This document shows positions 53,070 through 64,000 of a stretch of 64,000 nucleotides of DNA, one piece after another. Origin of the DNA: Cycas panzhihuaensis (taxonomy: Eukaryota; Plantae; Cycadophyta); the NCBI GenBank assembly GCA_023213395.1, contig CM041465.1, forward strand, positions 251,727,741 through 251,791,740. The letters run 5' to 3'. The first letter of the stretch is position 1. Every line of letters begins with the position of its first letter. The notes under the pieces are model-generated. The model did not search any database. It saw only the letters and a list, made by a program, of their open reading frames with translations, and had not been told where the DNA came from. The position numbers and the translations under genes are program-made.

Positions 53070-53330
53070 AGATATTCCAATGTTCATTAGGGATGGAAAA
53101 GTTCAACTTATAAAATTACTGAATAAAGTTGAAGCACTCTATAAATTTATGACTTGTAAACAAAAAGGATTATGAAAAAGTTAAATAACACTTGAGAGGG
53201 AAGGCTTTTAATTGGTCTTAAAAAACAAATTGAATGTATCTTTGGGAATGTTTTCAAGCAGATTTTCTCTAAGAATTTGATATAAATTATTTAAAAGAGT
53301 GGTGTAGTCAATATGACTACAATAGTCTTA
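53070..53330 (+). pseudogene. Gag relic of the host element
   Basis: Reads DIPMF...LLNKVEALYKF...HLRGKAFNW...WECFQADFL across frameshifts, matching the Gypsy retrotrans_gag pattern. Confidence 0.6.
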
Positions 53331-53414
53331 AGGATTTTAAGGATAAATGTTGAAGGTGGAGTATTAAAGCGGAAGAGCTTGAGAAAAGTAATAGCTAATA
53401 TGCTTAAACCAAAT

Positions 53415-53655
53415 GAAGAAGAACCTATTTATAATCATTTTAAAGAAGAACTCATTGAGTTTTATGAACTAAGCAAAGAGGATAGTCCACTTGCAAGCAA
53501 GTTGAAGAAGAACTTATTGAAATACATCAATTAAGTAAGAAAGAGTTTATTTATGAGTAGTTTGAAGGAGAAATGATTGAGATACATGAACCAAGCAAGG
53601 AAGAGTCCACTTGTAAGCTATCTAAAGAGAAAGAAGATGATATATATATGAACCC
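53415..53655 (+). repeat. Four ~60-bp tandem units encoding acidic 20-aa repeats
   Basis: Units start at 53415, 53475, 53537 and 53597; consensus approximately KEES.C.QFEEELIEIHEPS. Confidence 0.75.
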
Positions 53656-53730
53656 CATAGAGTTTATTCCATTTTAAAGTAATATCAAGATGACTCAACC
53701 TCAAAATCAAGGAATCACATCAACTCAAAT

Positions 53731-56326
53731 TGTTAAAATTACATGATTTGATGTCATAATTATATAATATCAAACACAACAAAACTATGCTAATATATGA
53801 GATAAAAATATAAAACATGCAATGTAACATAACACAAACCCTTTCGAGAAAATGATCATCTCCAAATTGCATTATGAAATAATACTTAGTTACAGTACAC
53901 AACATTATATGGATGTTTAATCACATACTAGGAACCATCTAGTTAACTAATGACTAGATACATGAGGAAGTTTACACACTAGAAATCCCTAATGCACATA
54001 AAAAGGTTTCCACTAATCTACTAGACCATAAATTAAACATTATCTAATATTCTCCCTTTAATGATTAATCTTATACCATATATGCTACTTCAAAAATGGT
54101 GTTAGGACTATATAAAACTCAAATATCTACTAGGGCACATGGATAACTAGGAGTTGTACCCATTAGTCCTTTAGAATAAGCTTTGCATACATGATTAAAC
54201 AATATTTACCTATAAAATAACACTTGCATGCTCCCATTCATGCTTGTTTACCGTTCCTCTTATAACCCAAGGAGAAAATTAAGTTGAACATCCATATTTC
54301 CATCCATTCAATCATGGATCAAACTTGCACAAATGATTACATGAAAAATCTAACCATAAACATATGACAAAGAACTTCTTCCTCTAGGCATAGGTTCTAA
54401 TTTTAACACAAAAAACATCTTGTAAAAAGTAATGATAGAATTTTAAGTCTTAAAATTTACTATAAAATTTCTTCAAACCATACATTATGATAGGCTAGTA
54501 TGAAGTTATATGAGTCATCTTTCCAATATAACCAACATAATCAAAATCTGCCACTATGTGAGGGATTTATCAATATTTTAATAAATATAAGTGTTTAAAA
54601 AAGAGAAAAAAGAAGAAAATTAGGGTTTTGTCCCCTCCTCATTAGCTCCTAGTCATGAAAAAAAGGCCCATATGACTCCTATAAGGGTATAATAGACTTC
54701 AAAAATATTTATAAATAACTTAATATATAATTCAAACCTTAGCTTATAAACATAAGAATAAATCATTACTTTCTTATGCGCGGAATGATAACATGTTGTG
54801 TATAATATTAGTAGTAGTATTTCCATATTTTTTATCAAAAATTTCCTTGAAACTAATCACAAATTATATATTAGAGGTATGATCTATGTTCTACATATAC
54901 TAGTAGGCCCATAGATTAAAACAATTACATGAAATAATGAGTAACAAATGAGAAAAATGGTGAGAATGCCCAACTTTAACACAAACATGTGATTAATTAT
55001 TTCTTCATACTGCGGCTATAACATATAGATCTAAAGCTAGACTTGCCATTTGAATACTATGGCAACTATCTAACATGTAAAGAAACTAGTGAAATTACCA
55101 ACATAAGGGAGAAAATTTACTTAAAATATAACACAATTACCCATCTCTCTTATTGTCTTCTTGAGGGTTTCACCCATCAAAATGAGGATGCTAGATTTAG
55201 TGTGTGCACCTACCAATAGATTAACTGCATTAACAACAAAAATAATAACAAACCCTTATCACCATGCCTCATAGCCATATATATGCAAACCCTCTAGGCT
55301 AGGATTTCGATAATAGATCTATAATTTTCTTTGAAACAAGGCTACAACAAATCAATGACTTCATTAATAAAATAATCACTTTAATATCAAAATAATTAGA
55401 GCCAAACCACCACACAACTATTGCTACAAATGTGCAACTCACCTGTGCATAATTTACTGTATACCATCTCTAAAACTCGGTCTTATTTGACACAAAATAG
55501 AGGACATACTAATGGTGGGCCTTCACACCTTAATAGTAGCTTCAATAGGTTGATTAGACCTTCTCTAGAAGACTTATTTATAGACACTCAATAAACACCT
55601 ATATGCATATGTATTTCTAGATGGCATGCAAAATACTAATAGTCTAATAAATAAACTTAAAACCATGCAACAAATTTTCATGGGATTTCATTTCTTTAAT
55701 GTTTAATTGCTACCACATGTGCTTTAGCTAGTTTTCCAACAACTCAAGCACCAACATGCTTTTCAGGCTTGCATACCAATATACTTTTTAGACTCCAATA
55801 CCATTATACTCTTTAGGTATGCATTCCAAAATACTATTCAAGACTCTATTAATTAGCAACTTCAACAACCTTCCTACTAAGTAACAAACTTCACTCACTA
55901 ACATACAATCCTCCTCTTTTATCACAAGTTTCAAATAATAATATAGACAAGTAAACATACTCATAGTCTTACAACCTCCCATGGACCACATCACAACTCT
56001 AATACAATGTTAAAATTATATCATTTGATATTACAATCATATAATATAAAACATAATAAGACTATGTTAATATATAGGATAAAATTATTAAACATATAAT
56101 ATAACATAAAATAAACCCTTTGAAAAAAAAGATCATCTCCAACTTACATTATAAAATAATATATATTTATAATATATGACATTGTATGGGTGTCTAATTA
56201 CACACCAAAAACCATTGAGTCAACCAATGAATAAATACATGAATAACTATACGCATTATGACCCCCAGTGCATGTAAGAGGGGTTTCCACTAATCTATTA
56301 GACCATAGATTAAACATTATCTAATA
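53731..56326 (-). mobile_element. Non-autonomous LTR element (large TRIM / small LARD-like), 2.6 kb
   Basis: LTRs 53731-54049 and 56008-56326 (319 bp each, ~75% similar). Reverse PBS ACTCTAATACAA at 55996-56007; reverse PPT TTCTCCCTTT at 54050. Flanks CAAAT/GAAAT. No recognisable coding in the ~1.95-kb interior. Confidence 0.85.
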
Positions 56327-56399
56327 GAAATGAGGTAGTTAATGAGAGTTTATATTTTAATACACATTCTTCTTTTTGTTTTTGTAGTTTAATAGTTCC

Positions 56400-57320
56400 T
56401 CTTAAATGTTCACTTCATATATTTTTAAAGAATCCCACATTCCTTCCTTACCAAGAGTCCATAATGCATATCTTCCTTATCATCATGATGTTCCCTTTCC
56501 TCTTATTCAACCCACACTCATGTTATCTTCTAGCTTAGCTAACATACATATTTTTCATTATGCTTCATTTTCTTCCTTCTCTTTATCTTCATCTTCTAAT
56601 TTATCTCATGGCCCATATTATAACTACCCTTATCCTTTCATTAAATCTACACATATATCATTCCCTATGCTTGCTCCTGATTTATATTACCCTTATCCTC
56701 CTTCTTTCCTCTCATATATCTATTTTCAATACACTCATATAAATTTTTTGCTCATATAGAACCTATAACATACACCTTATCCTCCATTCCCTATCCTCTT
56801 ATTAACTCTGCATACACATTATCCCTTAATCTCAATTATAGCCCGCATTACCTTTACCACTTATCACCCATGCTTCAAACTTCATTTTCCATATCCCCTT
56901 ATCCTACCTATATGGAGTGTCTATTGTATTCCATATGCTATATTCCTTACTCTTTTCTTACTAAAACTTTGTGTCCCTTATCCCCTTGTCTCCTCCATAA
57001 TCTTCCTTATTATTGTTTTCTTTTATCACCCCCTAACACTTTTATAACACCATATTGTTCTCCTACTATGCCCCCACCACTTAGTCATTTTACCCCTTAT
57101 CACTTAATGCTCGGGTTTTACTTTCTACATACCACCATATCCCCATTTGTTTCTTGTCTAATTTCATATGATTCTTGCCTCTTAATCCCTTACTTAAGCT
57201 ATATTATTCCCTATCATCCTATATATTCCCATCTAAGCTTCTTACTCCTATAATACTTGAGTTATATTCATTGTTACCTACCCTTTATTCACACTAATCT
57301 CATCCCATTTTTCCTAAGTA
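56400..57320. repeat. G-poor, pyrimidine-rich low-complexity tract
   Basis: Recurrent CCTTAT/CCCAT/CTTATC words and very few G on +; the ORFs called here are P/S/Y/H/L-rich compositional artefacts. Confidence 0.7.
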
Positions 57321-57772
57321 TTTTCTTTTATTTAAGAGCCAATCACTATGGAAGTAATATAGAAATAATATATAACATCTCAAATAAAGTAAGCTCATAA
57401 CATGTTGGTCATAGGATCTACCAAATGTAAAACTTACTATTTTAATAATAGAGCATCCTAATAGTATTTAAAGGCAATAATTGGAGAGGAAGAATATAAG
57501 ACTTTTCATAGTGAATGTTACTCCATTAAATAAACATGCAACAAAGGATAATTGCATTCAATCTATAGGATATGGAAATGAAAACAAAACCATAAAGTAT
57601 AATCAAATTGATATAAGAAGAATAAACAAGTACTTTATCATTTAAATCATTAGAATCCTTAAAGAGAAAAAGATACAAGTAATTCCTAATCTCAATAGAT
57701 GATCTATGATATTCATTGAAGCTTAAATTTAAAAATACTTTAACGGTGAAGCATGTTAAGAAGGAGAGGAAT

Positions 57773-58631
57773 TGTTACATGTCATTTTGACTATAGAAGA
57801 CCAATCTATGAAAAAGTTGACTAAGTAGGACTAATCCCTAAACATATGCACCAATTTCAAGTGGAAAGTTAATTATGGTAAAAGTATCATCCACCTATAT
57901 CCATCTTTTAAGAGCAAAGCATATTAGGAGGGGGGGAATTATCGTATGCTTACCTCTCCTAAATGGATGTAGGCACATATTAAAACAAAATATTTTGTAA
58001 TTATGATCTTGAAATAGAAACAATCAATTACAAAGCATTGATCACAACAAAGATCTTCTCATTCTATAGGCTCCAAATGTACATTGTATGAGAAAGCTTG
58101 CTAATTTTAATTTTATAGTCTTAAGTACAAATTATTGGAGGATAACTACACTTTAAATCATTAATTATATTTAACGCTAACCCTAGTCAAAATTAATATG
58201 AAATTTTGGTGGTAATTAGATATGCATCTATATATAAAAAGTGGTTAGGTCATTTAGAATATTAAGCTTTGGGGTTTATTTGGTCTCTTCACTCCTTTAA
58301 GAGGAGGTGTTATTTTGGAGAGCTCATTAACTAAAAGAGGAATAATCTATTTTAAAAGCATTCCATTATCTTATGGACATCTTATAATAGAGATATATTC
58401 CACTATTGTATATCATTTCATTTTATTATCAAGTTATCATATTTATTATTATTTCTTCTTCTTTTTTTACATTGCCATTATTGTTATCATTTTAGTACTT
58501 TTTATTATCAATATAGTTTGGTGTTATTATTAGTATTACTTTGTTTTTATAGTTAGGCAACTATTAGTACTCGAGTTTTATCATTATTATTTTCTATAAA
58601 ATGCATTAAGAAACCTTAAAGAGTTGTTATA
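57773..58631 (+). repeat. 3' LTR of the host element (859 bp)
   Basis: Starts TGTTACATGTCATT after the PPT; aligns to 20221-20651 and then to 51994-52387. Confidence 0.78.
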
Positions 58632-58696
58632 ATATAATTATTACAATTTATTAAATGAGGGTCCTCTTAGGAGGATGGATTCTTTAAAAACCAAAG

Positions 58697-59074
58697 TGAT
58701 GTAGGAATCTTTATAGGATCCAAAATATAACTTAAGCAAATAATAAAGTCTAACAAAGTAATTAGCCTTTTCTACTCTATTATTGATGTCATGAATTAGT
58801 TTTAAAGTGGTAGTGAAGTGTATTAATTATAATAGGCATTTTCCATACTTTTATTTTTCCTTATAAGCCCACACTAGAAATGAAGAACTAGACTAACTAT
58901 AGTATTTTGGTCTTGATTTTATCTAATTTAAGTACAAGCAATAGATAGCCCCCCTACTAAATATAGAAATAGGATTTGTACTCAACTTATAGTTACTGAC
59001 ATGATATAGCAAGCTCTATTTGAAGCTATAACTAAATGCCTTATAGATAATGAGGGTTCAAAGTGACAATATCA
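58697..59074 (+). repeat. Putative old LTR (TGATG...TATCA) of the element into which the nest inserted
   Basis: CRM-type termini; shares TTTGTA(T)CTCAACTTATAGTTAC with ~12775-12798. No partner LTR or TSD found. Confidence 0.35.
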
Positions 59075-59249
59075 TAATCCAAGGCTCTCTAGGAAAGACA
59101 ATAATTAGAGACAATATTAATGAAACTAAAATTCTATAATTTATTAATCTTAAAACCTATAATTACTCTCACCTAAAGAGAGAGAGCATGTATCAAACCT
59201 ATATTATAACATGGGTGGGAAAGATACAGATGTCTTTGAAATAAAAAAA

Positions 59250-60540
59250 CATAACTAACTAAATTGGGGGTATGTTCCATGCCATAAGTATAAACTATGA
59301 CTAATTAGAGTAACATAAAATATAAGGGTCTCAACGAGCTGCCATATCCTATTTAGTGAGAAAGAAATACAATAATGACTCAAATAAACAAGATGCTCTA
59401 GAATAAACCCAGAGTCAAGGTAAAATGATGTTATGCTTACAAAGCCATTATAAAGGTATAGTCTATATTCCAATACATAATATTCCCTACAATAGATTTG
59501 ATTTCTACTACCCAAAAGAGATTATTGAGAAAGGATCATCAATAAACTAAATAAACACACAACAATTGTAATAGATTTGGCATCCACTACCAAAATGAAA
59601 GGTAAGTTTGAGAAATATTTATGTAAGAAATATAGTTTATTGAAGTGAACTAAAAATTTGATATCTTTACATAATTCCAAAGTTGAATTTATACTACTGA
59701 GGCACCTATTTTATGAGAAATTACCATTATTGATAACTAATGTATTAATATTGATTAATTGATTAAAAGGCTTGCAACAAGTCCCTTCCCTTTTAAAATG
59801 CTTTGCCCTCAAAGAATGGGAAGTCTAAAAAACGTTCACATATCCACCTCCTATTGTTGTTAAGATGTCTAAGGTGGTCCCATTATTCTTATATTGATAA
59901 GTAGAAATTGTTGTTACACAATGGATTGACAAGAAATGATATAGGTCATATATTATTTTTACTAGTTGATTCAAGGTATCAAGAGGGTAAAACTTCATTA
60001 GTTGATTATCTTCCTTGAAAGGGTGTGGTCCCATAATATGATAAGTTATAAACTCATAAAAGTGGGGATCCAAATGCTCTTGTAAAGTATATAATGGAAA
60101 ATTATCCTTATGGTGAATCATATTATTATTCTCATATTGTATGGGATGATCTTGGTTTTTCTCAAACATGCCAGGTTTATGAATGTTGTGCTCAACCAAG
60201 CCAAGATTGTGGATTTTAGAGAGAAAAATGCTCACATTATCATTCAGAATTTTACATTAGGAAAGAGAAGTGCATGTCTTATCATTCAAATATTCTTCTT
60301 ACATCATAGGTACCAAGTTACATTTCTTCTAGATATTTGGTTCTAAGGGGGTCATAGTATCATTTAGTGGAGATATAAGTGAACTAAGGTTTAAATATCC
60401 TTGAAAAAAGTTTATAAAAGTAGGAAATTAGCCTACTCATCATTGTAGCCATGGTTATTGAGAGACTTAAGAGTTTCTAGTCCATGGCCATCTTGTTATA
60501 ATATAAGTTTTTAGAGGAGGTTATTGTCCATTTGATCCAT
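59250..60540 (-). mobile_element. Degenerate Gypsy-derived fragment: gag relic close to PPT and 3' LTR
   Basis: Minus strand reads CTTTGAGGGCAAAGCATTTTAAAAGGGAAGGGAC then TGTTGC (LTR start 59779), the same 3' signature as at 9003-9040 and 57740-57780. HLE...WY.W gag-like motif at ~60300-60335. Left end uncertain. Confidence 0.55.
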
Positions 60541-60959
60541 TATATAATGGCATTGAGATGAGCATTGATGGCATTGCCAGAGTCTCCTTTGTTTTCCATT
60601 CTTAAGGTAAAGTGCAATAGAGGGATCACCTCTCAAATAGATATGCCACATTAATTCTAATTGTCATTGCACTCTTGGTATGGTTATTATGCTCTTGGTA
60701 GGACCTTTAATACAGATAGAAATATATGTGGTTAAGATATGCCACTAGACTCTATTGATAGAATGCCATGTTGCCTTAACTATAGCAATACAAAACTTAA
60801 AAACATGGGTCATCAATGTTTGTAATATGTACACTAGATTAATATCCAAATTAAGAGGTTTTGTTGTAGCTTATTTAAGAATTACTCGTATTATATAGAA
60901 TTTGAGGCTTATTATATATATACCTCCTCTTCCTCCAATTCAATTAGAAACTCTCCACC

Positions 60960-61532
60960 TCCTCCATACATGCCCCAGCCATGTCAATAATCACTCCACC
61001 ACAAAATTACCATCTTGACATCTGACCATGACCTCAATAAAGACATCATATAAATTTAGATCAACAAGTTGGAGTCATACTTCTCTCTCACCTCCATGTC
61101 ACTAGACAACAAACTAATGTTTACCTCCATATGTCTTGAAGACAAATCACATCATTGGTTTCATTAGTAGCAATGTGAGAATCCTACCAACCAAATGTAG
61201 GATTTGTTTTGCAAATGTTTCTTTGACCAATATGAAAACACACGGAATCAATACTTCTTTAGTTAGCTCAACTAGATTAAACAAATAACATTAGTTGAAA
61301 CATACACTAAAGAGTTCTAAGCCTTATAGAATTGGGTCTCCTAATCCCTTGATTGGTAAACTTCCATTGATATATACATGTGTTTGGCCTTAAGGACTAC
61401 ATCTAAATATGCCATAAGGTAGTTCATCCAATGACTCTTAGAGATTCCACATCCATGAAAAATGTGGTTAAGGTAGAGTTTGTGATAGAACAACCTGTTG
61501 TTTTCTCTCAAGATCCTACTTTGTACTAGTGT
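60960..61532 (+). pseudogene. Reina-like gag fragment
   Basis: 61185-61320 aligns to 5027-5160 (e.g. AAATGTTTCTTTGACCAATATGAAAACAC vs AAATGTTTTTTTGAGCAATATGAAGAGAC); it is cut by the next LTR. Confidence 0.75.
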
Positions 61533-64000
61533 TGATGAGTGTGTTATAATGTATGTTAGTGTTCTTTATATTCTTTATTATTTGTATTATAGTATGTGAA
61601 TAATTCATAATATATATATTCATCATAAGATACTCACTTAATGGTTATGTGGAGCATTCACTGCATGGAGATAAGTCTCCCTACATGCAACTAACAAATA
61701 CATGTATATATACAAGTGATTCTGTTCAAAAAGGGTATCAATAGAGAGAAACTTCTCATTTTCTCCACTTGCTTCTCAAGTGATCTCCTTTGTTGCCTCT
61801 TATTTAGACTCATTAATTATATTAGTTGGTATCATATCCAAGTTGGATCCTCACATCAAGTTTGCCTTCTCTAAATGATGTAAAAGTCTACTAGAAGGTG
61901 TACAAATCTATATGAACTTATGAAAACCAAAAAAATGTTCTTAAAATTTGACAAAATTTCACCAATAGGTGTACCATAGTATGGATACCTTTCTGTCCCA
62001 AAGGCATGACATCAAAATCTCTCTCAAGAAGCAAAAAAAAAATGCAAATAAAAAGAAGCAGAGGTTTGAAGCTTCAACTACAAATTTCTCTCAAGTTTCT
62101 CTATCATTTTCTTCAAGATTGGTCTTAATCTCTTCCCTTCAACTAAATCTATCTTTCAAGTTTACAACATTTAATTTAGTATATTTTTTATTACAAGCAA
62201 AAATCATTGTCAAACTCTAGTCACCATTCTTCTTTTCAAGCCAGATTTCTCCTAATCTAAAGCTTCCCTTCAAAAACCAACTACAAATTTAGAAAGGTGT
62301 TGAGGAGATCTTCGAGTTGGACCTATTTTATATTTTTTTTATGGTTATACACTGGACAAATCTGTATAGTCTAGATATTATACTTTCTCTTCATTTTTCT
62401 TCTTTTTTTTCTCCTTTTTTTTTTTTGCATTCTCTATTTATATTACACAAATATAGCTATAAGCCCTCAACTGATAGGTGTACCCCAGAAATAATTGTAT
62501 CATAGGTATATAGTTATAAGCCCTCAAATATAGGCGTACCCTATTACACAAAGTTGTAAGCCCTCACATCATTTTATTTTCTCACAATGTCATACAAATA
62601 AGAGGAATAATCCTCCCATGAAATTATAGATCTCTTGGTGAAGGAACTCTGAGAGCAACATCGAGATGCATAAGCATTTCAATAGAACTTGGTCATTAGT
62701 ATGATGACCATAATCTAACAATTACTACATAAGCAACTTATTCTAACAATGCTTCTACTCAAATATCCCTTTTTCAAATTGGATGCCAAAATCAATATTC
62801 CACTTTTTTAGGGTACCTTGAATGTCAACAAGTTATATGTATGGCTTCATAGTCTTGAGGCATAGTTGAAGACACAACAACTCATAAAGCCCCAAAAATT
62901 AATTATTGTTAAAGTACACCTAGCTAACCAAGTCTTAATATGGTGGCAAGCCCTCTCATGCCACCAACCTATCACTACCTAAAATGAATTCAAGCATTCC
63001 ATTTGCAATTATTTCTAACCATTTGAATACATGGATGAACTCACCACTTGTTGGTTGCAACTACAATAAATATTAGGACATTCAATCCAATAATACATTG
63101 ATAACTTCTTTAAGTTATCCATCAGGTTAGAGATCACTAATGATGATCATATTCTCAAACTAAAGTTTATTAGGGGCTTGCTTTTATATATTTAATAAGA
63201 AATGGAACTGCTCTAAGTTCCTACATTGGAGGCAACCTTCCAATTCACTCTCAAAATAAAAAACAAACTACAATGGAAGCTAAAGTCACCTTAATTACCA
63301 TTCACAACACCTGCTTCCTTATCCAAACTAACATTTATGCCCAAATCTTAGTGCCCTTCCACCATTGGCCCTATAAAATATTTCTCTTTTTATAAATGCT
63401 ATGGATATGTAGATAATGAATGTCAAGAATAGCATAATAACTACATTGTAATGGCAGAATCTTAAGTAGCACCTAAACAATCAAACATCATCACTATCAA
63501 GAAACCCAAAGCTCTAGATTCATAGCTTGTTCTCATGACAATTGTGTACTCCATGTAAGATAAAGAATGGTTATTCACTCAAAACTACCAATTCAAAGAT
63601 TGATTGGGCTTATGCATCATCATCAATAACAAGCTTACATTTGAAACCACCAAGCTACGTTTGAAACCATACACTCTTGGATGGCTCACGATAAACAAGC
63701 ATACTACTATGGTTGATAAAGTCTATAGCATTATATTTACCATCCCACCATTCATCGACACAACTGACTATGATGTTTTCCCTATGGATTGTAGTGACCT
63801 ACTCAAGCTGCCTTATTAACATGATCGTTGAGCATTATATGATGGGTTCCACAACACATATACACTTCACAATGATGGAAAATCTTATAAATTCCAATTA
63901 ATAACTTATACTCTTCATGAAAGGCACTTCTCACAGGGAATCAAGCTGTCAAATTAGCAAGTACCTACAAGCAAATGGTACTCTATATGGTTCATTGAGA
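61533..64000 (+). mobile_element. 5' part of a second CRM-like Gypsy element (LTR, PBS, gag, protease); runs off the window
   Basis: LTR TGATG(61533)...TATTA(61824); PBS TGGTATCATA at 61827; gag KINIPLF*GTLNVNKLYVWLHSLE (~62790); protease KPYTLGWL...DVFPMDCSDLL (63604-63819). Confidence 0.8.

Larger units (their letters stand above)
20221..58631 (+). mobile_element. Non-autonomous gag-only Gypsy-derived LTR element (~4.5 kb net) hosting ~34 kb of nested insertions
   Basis: 5' LTR = 20221-20651 plus 51994-52387 (split). PBS TGGTATCAAAACC at 52390; PPT AAGAAGGAGAGGAA at 57758-57771; 3' LTR 57773-58631 is colinear with both halves of the split LTR. Flanks ATGTA (20216-20220) and ATATA (58632-58636), one G>A. 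Gag relic at ~53070-53330; no pol seen. Confidence 0.75.

Noticed and set aside
53415-53655. CRISPR-like repeat-spacer array
   Set aside because: The units are contiguous degenerate tandem repeats without unique spacers, in eukaryotic TE context with no cas genes.
56406-57253. 117-aa and 127-aa P/S/Y/H-rich ORFs
   Set aside because: Low-complexity translations of the pyrimidine-rich tract, with no domain signal.

Overview
AT-rich, strongly CpG/CHG-depleted plant nuclear DNA. A gymnosperm-like, TE-dense intergenic or giant-intron region is my inference, not something the sequence proves. I find no intact host gene, RNA gene, CRISPR array or intact long ORF; almost all of the window is decayed retrotransposons whose ends can be fixed by LTR termini, PBS, PPT and target-site duplications (TSDs). 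Left to right: 3' half of a Copia element (1-1936); a full-length Reina-like chromovirus (2778-9412, TSD CTTCA); a solo LTR (10312-10866); a ~535-bp tandem duplication; a 5'-truncated RNase H-bearing L1 LINE (13512-18004, ~14-17 bp TSD); then a 38.4-kb nest (20221-58631). The nest is a gag-only non-autonomous LTR element whose 5' LTR is split by a head-to-tail TRIMER of chromodomain-bearing CRM-clade elements (4 LTRs, 3 internal regions, apparently one TSD, 20652-51988). Two trimer units were later hit by full-length Copia elements, and a TRIM/LARD-like element sits in the host's internal region. More Gypsy fragments and the 5' end of another CRM-like element close the window. The notable points are structural: the shared-LTR trimer, a fossil PPT/LTR junction inside both LTRs of the host element, gag-only elements, and a long Copia leader with reversed strand bias. 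I see no evidence for a new protein-coding system. All identity percentages are by-eye estimates.
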